Source: Hamiltosporidium tvaerminnensis FI-OER-3-3 (lineage: Eukaryota > Fungi > Microsporidia). From it: DNA of 64,000 bases. This document shows, one piece after another, positions 1 to 8,993 of this stretch. The DNA is taken from NCBI GenBank assembly GCA_022605425.2, contig CM061246.1:434001-498000 (forward strand), in the 5' to 3' direction. The translations under genes were made by a program, and so were the position numbers. Under the pieces are notes generated by a model, which was not told the origin of the DNA, ran no database searches, and saw only the letters and a list, made by a program, of their open reading frames with translations. Within the stretch, counting starts at the first letter, position 1. Every line of letters begins with the position of its first letter.

Positions 1-285
1 AAAAAAACATGGCTTGGGAACTTTTTGAATCATTCTTTTAAAAATATTAAAATGTTAATTTTAAGTGATGAAAAAAATCTGCTCAAAGCAAACAAATATA
101 AAAACAATGGAAAATTTAAGACCATAAAATAGGAATTTAATAATTTATAATTTATTACAGATAAAATAAAGTTATCCATACCAATTTTATTAAAAATAAT
201 GAAATTTTAAATTTAAGTTTTTATTTTAAATGCAAGCTATTTTTTAAATTTCAATTTGAACAAATGATACACCTAATCACCATAT

Positions 286-2910
286 TTATAGCCATGATTT
301 TATATTTATTTTAACAATGCCATATACATTTTCCATTTCAGTAAATCCTTTCAACTGATAATTTTCGTACTTCTTAAATTCTATTTGGGATAAATTAAGG
401 TGAACAATTTCAGTATAAATATTTTCAGATATTAATATATTTATATCAGTGTTTAATTTAGCTAGCCTTGCGGATTTATTTAAGACTTGGCCATACCAAT
501 CAACATCTCCTTCAATATTTCTATCAAAAAAGCCTATATCCTTACAAATACCTATTCGTACTAAAAAATTGTCATTTAATTTATGTTCAGTTATTGAGTT
601 TGGATTTCTTTTTAAAAAATCATCTTTCCACAATTTACTTGAAAAAAAATAATCCAAATTTACAGACCACATAATTGCATCCAATGAATTTCTAAAATAA
701 CATATACAAAGATCACCTTCATATTTTATCTGAATTGCGCCAAATCTGCCGTTAATATTCACTATATAACTCTGTATAAACCTACATAACGAATAAAATT
801 CTAACGAAGCTGACTTAAAAAAACCCGGCACTTTATCCAAATAAGCATAGACTATTATAGGCTCTGCCGTAAATAAAACATCCTTAAATATTATAGGTGA
901 AGATGATGTCTTCATAGCAATAAAAATATCATCTGGTTTATTCTTATCCAACGGATATGTATAAATAAGAAAATTATATATCATGGAAATATTTTCAGAT
1001 AAATTTTTACAAAGATTTATCTGTTTCAATTCTTTTGAAAATATTATATTGCGCCAATGATCATTCAAAATTAAAATTTTATAATCAGTTACAGTTTCAA
1101 ATCTCATATATTCTATTTTAGTATTATTTATCATTGTGTCATTCATAATATAGCAATATTCTTTATTGTATTTGATTTGATTATTTTTAGAAGACAGAGC
1201 TTTAAAAAACATGGAATCATAAAATATTACCATAAAATTTCCTTTTTTAGAAATTCTTACACAATTATTGACTACAAATATTATGACGATATTAAAATTG
1301 TAATCCAGACATTTTTTTATCAAAATATTTTCAATATGATTGTAAAAACACTTTGTGTTTATCATGAAATCTTTATCTAAGCAAATTTCAAAAAAATATT
1401 TTTCAAAATTATTTTCAATTAATTTTACAGTTTCGGAATTTCCTTGAAGAAATATAGAATATCTGTTGTTATTCTTTACGTATTCAAAGGAATGATTGAT
1501 ATGTTTATTTGAGGTTTCTTTTAATATACAATTTCTTTCATTCATATAGTAAGTTTCAAGCTTTGTTACATCTAAAACCTCATTGTTCGTGTTGTTTTGA
1601 TTATATAAAATGTTGATTTTCTCTAGCCATTTCCAATCGTATGCATTTGGGTTTATAATATCGTTACGTGAAATATCAAGAATTTTTAGTTTTTTAAGAT
1701 TTAAAATTTTAGATTCAATAAATGTTAATAAATTTCCAGATAAATCAAGATATTCTAAATTTGGAAAAAATGGAAATTCCGTTAAAAGATTGTTTCTCAA
1801 AATTAATTTACTAAGGTGCGGTGCTTCTATACTAAATACAGATGTGTTACAATTCTGCATGTTAAGATATTTTAGATTTGAAAAATTTCCTTTGAAATAG
1901 TCAATTTTTATACCTTCAAGAATTAGATGCTCCACAATATCTTCTCCGAAAGTTACATGAATATTTTTTATGAAAGTAAAAGAAAGATCTAAATATTTTG
2001 CTTTGGAAAAAAATCTTTTTACAGGATTCGATTTTAACGATATTTTATCAAATATACTGTCTCTTTGTTGGAAATATTCTATTAGATTGTTATCCAAGAT
2101 AAGTGTTTTGGAATTTAAAAAAGGTATTTTCGACAATCGATTATTTGATAAATTTAGTTCTTCAAATTGAAAATCCGATAGAAATGTTGGTAAATTTTCT
2201 AATAAATTATGGCTAAGATTTAAATAATTAATTTTTCTAAATTCGGAAAAATCTCGCGGAATTTCTTTGATAAAATTTCCACTTAAATCAAGTACTTCAA
2301 TGTTTTTAAAAGCATTTGGTAAAGGAAACACAAATTGTTTGACTGAAAAACATGTATTTTTTAGACACAAATATTTTTCGTCATAATTTTTCACCAAAAA
2401 TCTATTACTATTACCAACTTTCACTATATCTTGATTTATATTAAAATATATTTTATCGATAGTTATTCTAACTTTAGTTTGTTCTGCAAGAAAACTATAA
2501 AGTTTTTCTACTTCGTCATAATTGAACATAATAAATTTAGAGTAAGCATACTTATTTCTCGATAATTCCGTATCCGTAAGAGAATTCTGTAATTTCCATT
2601 TTAAAAAATCTATTAACGGAAAATCATTATTTTTGTAAAAATATATTGATTCACCATAAACCATTGACAAGTAAGAATATTTATTTTGAAATGATTCAAG
2701 AATATCTTTTGTTGAAACACAGATTAAATGTGTAAATTTGTAATTTATCAGTGGATCAAGAGTATGTAATTTAACAACCATCGGAGAATTTAAACTATCT
2801 ATAAATAACTTTTCCAAACAATATGAAAACATCTTATATTTTGTCTTAGAGTTACTTTCTTCAGTTATCGTTTCTTTTAGTCTAAGTAATTCTAAAACGT
2901 GTTTACACAT
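286..2910 (-). CDS. CYR1: Fungal-type adenylate cyclase (LRR region + C-terminal class III cyclase domain), 874 aa
   Basis: LRRs (LDLSGNFIKEIP, LNLSHNLLENLP, LDLSGNLLTFI). Cyclase motifs IKYEGDLCICYF, VRIGI and DWYGQVLNKSARLA, with the adenine-specifying K/D and catalytic N/R; C-terminal LKGF..E. The ORF-track start at 2994 is TTG; the first in-frame ATG at 2910 is directly preceded by CCCCC. Confidence 0.85.
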   Translation of the reverse strand: MCKHVLELLRLKETITEESNSKTKYKMFSYCLEKLFIDSLNSPMVVKLHTLDPLINYKFTHLICVSTKDILESFQNKYSYLSMVYGESIYFYKNNDFPLIDFLKWKLQNSLTDTELSRNKYAYSKFIMFNYDEVEKLYSFLAEQTKVRITIDKIYFNINQDIVKVGNSNRFLVKNYDEKYLCLKNTCFSVKQFVFPLPNAFKNIEVLDLSGNFIKEIPRDFSEFRKINYLNLSHNLLENLPTFLSDFQFEELNLSNNRLSKIPFLNSKTLILDNNLIEYFQQRDSIFDKISLKSNPVKRFFSKAKYLDLSFTFIKNIHVTFGEDIVEHLILEGIKIDYFKGNFSNLKYLNMQNCNTSVFSIEAPHLSKLILRNNLLTEFPFFPNLEYLDLSGNLLTFIESKILNLKKLKILDISRNDIINPNAYDWKWLEKINILYNQNNTNNEVLDVTKLETYYMNERNCILKETSNKHINHSFEYVKNNNRYSIFLQGNSETVKLIENNFEKYFFEICLDKDFMINTKCFYNHIENILIKKCLDYNFNIVIIFVVNNCVRISKKGNFMVIFYDSMFFKALSSKNNQIKYNKEYCYIMNDTMINNTKIEYMRFETVTDYKILILNDHWRNIIFSKELKQINLCKNLSENISMIYNFLIYTYPLDKNKPDDIFIAMKTSSSPIIFKDVLFTAEPIIVYAYLDKVPGFFKSASLEFYSLCRFIQSYIVNINGRFGAIQIKYEGDLCICYFRNSLDAIMWSVNLDYFFSSKLWKDDFLKRNPNSITEHKLNDNFLVRIGICKDIGFFDRNIEGDVDWYGQVLNKSARLAKLNTDINILISENIYTEIVHLNLSQIEFKKYENYQLKGFTEMENVYGIVKINIKSWL

Positions 2911-2915
2911 GGGGG
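2911..2915 (-). promoter_or_regulatory. Microsporidian CCC-like initiation motif (example site)
   Basis: CCCCC immediately 5' of ATG 2910. CCC/CCCC also lies within about 30 nt upstream of ATGs at 5302, 11981, 22383, 29649, 36153, 44181, 52973, 53996 and 61073, despite very low GC. Confidence 0.7.
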
Positions 2916-3343
2916 AAGAAAAAATATTGATTAAAACATAACATCCTTTATAATAAATTTGCAAATATATTTCTTTGATTGCATTGGTAATCAATATTAT
3001 AAATTTTTAAAAATTCCATTTCATTTTTTTCGTTCTTTAATTATTGAAGATAAAATATTTTTTTTACCAAACAGATAATTAAAAATCTTTGAAATTTTTA
3101 GTTGCGCAAAATAAAATATTGAGAACAATTTAATAAAATTTTAAATTTAATTTGCAATGGTAAAGATTTAAAGTAGATTTTTTATAAATTAATATTAATA
3201 TACTGTTAAGAATTGAATAATTTTGTTTTAAGGAAACTTAAAACAAAAAAGGATAAACGCCTATCAATTCTTATTAAAAAAATATTTTTTTTTGTTTTTA
3301 ATTCAAGGATATTTTTTTTTAAATACGAGTTATTCTTAGAATC

Positions 3344-3526
3344 ATTTTATATTTTTTTTTAAACAACTAAAACAATCCTATCTATGATAATTAATCTTTA
3401 AACAGGATTGAATCATACATAAAAAATATTTTATATTTTTTTTAAACAACTAAAACAATCCTATTTATGATAATTAATCTTTAAACAGGATTAAATCATA
3501 CATAAAAAATATTTTATATTTTTTTT
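3344..3526. repeat. Tandem duplication, ~83-bp unit x2
   Basis: AAACAACTAAAACAATCCTATYTATGATAATTAATCTTTAAACAGGATTRAATCATACATAAAAAATATTTT occurs twice back to back with about 2 substitutions. Confidence 0.9.
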
Positions 3527-4873
3527 GAATTTAAATACATTTAAAAGTTTTAGTTGCTTTTTTTCTATATTTTAATCATAAATTTAATCTTTCTATATAT
3601 TTTTATAAAAAATATTAAATTATCATTCAATCTTTAATTTTTTTATTTAAGCGTTTAGAATTGATTTTGATAAAATAAAACCGTTATTTTTAATTAGTAA
3701 ATTTACACTTTTTAAAAAAATGTAGCAGAAGATTATTTCTAGTTTTTTTTTCTTTGATTTGTTTATTCTTTTATGTATTTGTAACTTTAAGATTTTTACT
3801 TGTTTTTAGATCATTAATTATTGCTTAAGTCTTTTATTTTGTTACTTTTCAGTTTCAAAAATAAATTTAAATTTTTTTATTAATTACACTTTGAATTTAA
3901 GAAAATATTAGATAATTAAGAATATATTATTGTTTAATTCTTTTATTTTTACATCTAATTTTTTTATTACGTAAGAAATTCTTAAGACGAACAGAAGTAA
4001 TTTAAAATGGTATTTTTTTTACTATATTTTATCTGAATGAAAATAATCTATATCGTCTCCGATTTATAATACTCTTCAAAAACTTTAGAAATATTTTTTA
4101 TGACTTTTTAATATTGTTTTTAGCCATATTTATTTTTTCAGTACAATTATAGAGTATTTGAACTCGAATTTATCTATCAGGAAGGTATATGTTTAATTTC
4201 TAAATATAAAATCGGTAGATTTTTTATAATAAATGATTTTTGAACAATCATATTGTTATTAAGGAATTCAATATTTAGTCTTTATAATGACAAAGGGATG
4301 AATGAACTACTTCAGTAGCCAAATATAAAGTTATGAAAACATCATTTACATAACCCCACAACTTTTTCATTTATTTATGTTATACCATTACTGTATTAAA
4401 GTATAAAATACATTAATTATTCTATTTGGAGTATGTTTTCGTCAGAAAAAATAAAATATTTATAATTTTCAAATTATTTTCTTCATGTATAAATTAACAA
4501 TTTATGTTGAGTTTTTACCGGAATCAAAGAATATTAGATTACAATTAGAGGCAGAAAAATATTTTTATTTATAAGTTTTATCTCGGTATTATTAATAAAA
4601 TAACTTTCAAATTTCATATACAATTATATTTAAAGAATCAATAAGTTAATTAAATAAATTAAAATTAGTGAATAGAATTTATAGGTAAATGAAACATATT
4701 TTTTTATAAAAATTTGCTTAAAAATACTTATAAAGATAAAATATCGCAAAATGTATTTGTTTGTTATATCATAGATTCGGAAAATCCTATGTTTTGAAAT
4801 AACGATTTTTCAAATAAAACTTTTAATCTAATATTTTTGAATGGTAAAAGAGCATTATTTAGAAAAATTGTTT

Positions 4874-5031
4874 AAAAAAAACAGAAAAAAAATATTTAAA
4901 ATATTTGAAGAGGAAGTGAAATACTATTTTGTTTGAAATATTTCTTTTATTCAAAAAAAAACAGAAAAAAAATATTTAAAATATTCGAAGAAGAAGTGAA
5001 ATACTATTTTGTTTGAAATATTTCTCTTGTC
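4874..5031. repeat. Tandem duplication, 80-bp unit x2
   Basis: ACAGAAAAAAAATATTTAAAATATTYGAAGARGAAGTGAAATACTATTTTGTTTGAAATATTTCT starts at 4881 and again at 4961. Confidence 0.9.
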
Positions 5032-5301
5032 AAATGAAGAAAAAACCTGGGATTTAACAAAAGAAAGATTAAACTTAATCTAAAAAGAAGCTTAAATTTA
5101 TTCGTTGCTTATAAAACAAAGAAATATATACAAACAAATAGAAATTTGTAACCAAAAACTACGGAATATGCCATTTAATTACATGGTTTTTAACAATTTA
5201 ATGAAAAATATTCGAATAATACAGCCATTTCTAAATCATCATATTAGTTTTAAAAGTTTGTAAAATTATGTGAAAAATATAAAGCCCTTTCTAAAAATTT
5301 C

Positions 5302-5721
5302 ATGAGAAAACCATCAAAGAAAGTAGAAAAGAAACCTAAAATACATCTTAATATAAAATATTTATTAGATTTGGCAGTGAAAACACTGAACCATTCAAAT
5401 TATTCAAGAAAATTAGTAAAAACCATTGTTTTATTAACACAAAAATATCAAATCCGATTATCAAAAATTATAAAACGAAATATATGTTTTGAATGTTTTC
5501 GAATACTTATTCCTTCAATTAATTCGAAATCAAGATTATCGAAAGAAAAGGATGGTATGAAATTGATTATTACTTGTGAATGTGGTATTTCAAAGAATTT
5601 TGTATTGAAAGGCGAAAAAGGACACAGAAATACAAACACTAAACGTTCTAGATATTTTCTTTGCAGTGAAGATCAGAATAGAGACATATATTCAATCCAT
5701 AGTACTCAAAAAGACAGTTAA
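5302..5721 (+). CDS. RPR2: RNase P subunit Rpr2/Rpp21-like protein
   Basis: IKYLLDLA helix, then QKYQIRLSKIIKRNICFECFRILIP and ITCECG zinc-ribbon pattern typical of the Rpr2/Rpp21/Snm1 family. CCC at 5285-5287. The C-terminal tail overlaps a retroelement fragment. Confidence 0.8.
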   Translation: MRKPSKKVEKKPKIHLNIKYLLDLAVKTLNHSNYSRKLVKTIVLLTQKYQIRLSKIIKRNICFECFRILIPSINSKSRLSKEKDGMKLIITCECGISKNFVLKGEKGHRNTNTKRSRYFLCSEDQNRDIYSIHSTQKDS

Positions 5722-5770
5722 AACCATTTCTTTTGATCGACGAAGAGAATTTGAATCAAGGCCAAATACA
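5681..5770 (+). mobile_element. Small fragment of the R4/Dong-like retrotransposon (end of RLE domain)
   Basis: CAATCCATAGTACTCAAAAAGACAGTTAAAACCATTTCTTTTGATCGACGAAGAG closely matches 42243-42297. Confidence 0.85.
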
Positions 5771-6156
5771 TATAAAAGTTAGAAATAAATATGCTTAATC
5801 TTGATAGAAGATTTAAGATATTATATCAAAGGATCATCAAATTATAAAACATCTTTGAAGAGGATGTGTTTGAAAACAGGATACATAAAGTAAATATGAT
5901 TATTTTATAGACTAAAGCTGAAATCGAAGCATCGAGATAGAGCATTAAGAGTAAATTAGGGTGTGAATAAATAGAAGTAATGTATGAACAGGCTAAAAAT
6001 AGTCACTGTGACACAAATTAAATCAGTATTAAAATTAAAATTATAAAATAGAAAATAGAAAACTGTTTAAAAAAAAGATATTTTTACATTTATTTTTTTC
6101 CAAAGATCAATAAATAAAAATTCATATTTTAAAGCATTTCATAGTTGAATCTCATA

Positions 6157-6432
6157 TTATCTAGTAAATTGTGTATTCGGATTAAATTGTAAACCGTGGA
6201 TTGAATCATCAAACCATCCATCAATTTTATATGAAATTTCTTCTAGTGGAATCTCTTCGGAAATATTATTTATATTAGTTCTTTTTGAAAAAGTTTCATC
6301 TTTTACTTCTTCGATTGTATCAAAAATATTTACAAAAGGTTGATTGTTGTTCATAAATACTGAGGGGTTGGTATTTTTAATATAAACATGGTTCAAGATA
6401 TTTAGCATTATAAATTTCGTGACATTAAACAT
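6157..6432 (-). CDS. Hypothetical protein, 91 aa
   Basis: ATG-started ORF with protein-like composition and no recognisable motif. The nearest CCC-ATG (6500) is out of frame. Confidence 0.35.
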   Translation of the reverse strand: MFNVTKFIMLNILNHVYIKNTNPSVFMNNNQPFVNIFDTIEEVKDETFSKRTNINNISEEIPLEEISYKIDGWFDDSIHGLQFNPNTQFTR

Positions 6433-6699
6433 AAATTTTCTAGTGCTTTAATTTAAATATTTTTAAGATATTGAGATAGAAGAAGTATTTATTTGTACAT
6501 GGGACTTTCAAATTTTTTAGTAAAATTTTTATGTTTAATTTTTTTATTAAAATGTACAGTTTTTTTATTAAATTATGAGGTAAATAAATATTTTTAATAA
6601 TTTATTCTACCTATTTGACCACCATAGTTCCATTTCTTAAACCGACTCTTAGTTAATATTAGAAAATATTTAAAAGAACCATAAAAAATCTTCGTAATA

Positions 6700-6745
6700 T
6701 TTCTTACTTACTTATTCCGGTTCCCTTGTACCTTTTGGTATTTAA
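6700..6745 (-). repeat. Tail remnant of short dispersed repeat (family 2)
   Basis: CTTACTTACTTATTCCGGTTCCCTTGTACCTTTTGGT resembles CTTACTTATTCCCGTTCTCTTTTACTTCTCGGT at 12562. Confidence 0.4.
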
Positions 6746-6862
6746 GTTAGTAATATTAACGAGTCTTTATTTATTTCATTGTAGACAAGTTTTATAATAC
6801 AATAGATGAGAAATCTATAAAAACTTAAAAATTATATAGAATTAAATATATCCTGCTATTCA

Positions 6863-7242
6863 CCCATGAATGTAAAGGCATACATTCAGTCTATAGTACT
6901 TAAGAAGACAGTCGAAACAATTTCCTTTGATCGACGAAGAGGACTTGAGTCAGGACTAAATGCTGAAGAGAGCCGGGAGAGAGCGTCAATGGGTGTTATT
7001 ATGAAATCAGAGATGCATGAGGAACCAACACCCTTTTTAAAAGAAGAGAAGAGAGAGGAAGATGGTGCAAAAAATTTTAAACCAAAAAATAAAGCACCCT
7101 TTATTTCACAAGGAGGAACCACTTTAGAGGAATCGATCAATAACATAAATAAAGAGCCGGATTTGGAAGAAGAGACAATAGTGGTTAAAGAGGTAGAAGA
7201 AAACATATAAAAATGGTAAAAATATTTAACCCAGAATTTTAT
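6863..7242 (+). mobile_element. 5'-truncated copy (380 bp) of the R4/Dong-like retrotransposon with a perfect 12-bp TSD; contains 114-aa ORF 6866..7210
   Basis: Encodes AYIQSIVLKKTVETISFDRRRGLESG and ends in the family 3' motif AACCCAGAATTTTAT. TCCTGCTATTCA is duplicated at 6851-6862 and 7243-7254. Confidence 0.92.
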
Positions 7243-8993
7243 TCCTGCTATTCAAAAATATTAATTTTTTTTGTTTAATTTTCTTCGTTTCAATTTTTTT
7301 TATTGTTTTACATTCTTCTTAGTTGTAAAAATATATGTTTAACTTATGCTTTTTCTTTTATAAAATTCTTATATTATTTTTGAAATTTGTTTATTGAAAA
7401 TTATTCTTCTTAAAATTCGCGCCGCGTGATCTTCTATAAAATAATCTGAATTTTTTCTCATAATCTATACTTTACTGTACTGATAATTATTTTGACTTTT
7501 ACTCGACATTAATCCCTTCTTATGTGATCAAACAAATTATTTTCGTTTTTATGATACATTTGATGTCAATCTTTATTCTGAATAATATTTGTAGCTCTAT
7601 AAGATGTGACTTGTTTTTTTAGAACAGAATAAATGCAGGCTAAGTCAAACATATAATTCTATTACCGAATCTATAATTTAATTTAATTAATTATATTTTT
7701 CTTATAGCGTATATTCTACGAGTTCTTATAAAGAATTGATATATAGATTCGTTTTTTAAAATATTTTGTATTTGATTTATTTCAAACCGTTGGCCTTCTC
7801 CTTAAAGCTTTTAGACAGAAATCAGTTGTAATTTTATAAGCTCTAAATTTATATTAATTTAGGTAACCAACCAAAGTAATATATTGGTAAATCGTGTTAT
7901 ACAATATGTTAATTATTATTTAGACAACTATTTGATAATTATACAGAGCTTACAACACCTGTAATTTAGACTTTTTATTCAATTATTAATTAAATATATT
8001 ATATTTTGTAATCTAAGTCACCATTCTAGCACACCAAATTACATATCTCAAATGTCTACTCCTTTATAAATTCATATAAAGCCTTCATGTATAATCCAAT
8101 TGTTTAATCCTGAGTATAATATCAAACTATACCAAGTGTATTATTCTACTGTTTTAGTAAAATTAATGAATTAAATTTATTTTACTAATTTTACATTTTT
8201 AGTTTTCAAATTTTTAAATTTAGTTTTTAATTTTTTTGTATTACCTGTATAATTCAATTTTAGTAGATTAAAAACATGATTATTTAAAATTTAACACCAA
8301 TTATAATGTATAATTTACCAATGATAGACAATTCATTGATTCTTTAATAATTTGAAAAAATTCAAAGGTATAATTTGCTTAATAAAAATGACTCTAAACA
8401 CACAAATTATAAATATATTTTAACTACCTGAGGCTAAATTTAAAATTTATTTAAATGCTCTGTAAAATATAAATTTATCTTTCTTTATTTATTTCGACAC
8501 CTTTTTTGCTTTATAAACTCTCTTGTTTTGTCTTCTACATACATTTTTTTATCTAATCTTTGTCTGCAGTGTATTTTTCATAAAATAAATGAATATTTTC
8601 GTCTTTATTGACATGCTCTTCTTCGTGTTTACATATTTTTAAAGAAAATAAAAGCTGCAATTTCAGGTTATCACAATTGATCAATTTATTAAAATATATA
8701 TTGTTCATCTCAGGTTAAATTTGTGTGGTTTTAGACCCTCCTACCAAATAGAAATTTACTTCGCTAGGTAAAATACAATATAAAGTTATTTTGATTTATG
8801 TGAAGATATTATAGAAATAAGTTTTTGTGCCTATCTTCATACCTTAAATATTATTTCCAGTTTTAATTTTTAAATATTTCAAATTAAAGTTAAACTTGAA
8901 ATTAAAATTTAAAGAAAAATACTAAAAAATGTTTTTTAAAATTAAAACGATTAAATAAATGTGAAAAATTATTCTGATTATAAAAATCGCATA

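Noticed and set aside
449-2170. Plus-strand ORFs within the cyclase, and similar antisense ORFs inside other genes and retroelements (e.g. 9991..10287, 37700..38044, 44513..44839, 61279..61605)
   Set aside because: Antisense shadows of real coding sequence, with no independent motifs.
2911-2994. 28-aa N-terminal extension of the cyclase from the ORF track
   Set aside because: It starts at TTG; the CCC-preceded ATG at 2910 is the better eukaryotic start.
6433-6503. Intron linking CCC-ATG at 6500 to ORF 6157..6432
   Set aside because: No GT..AG combination I tried preserves both an ATG and the reading frame.
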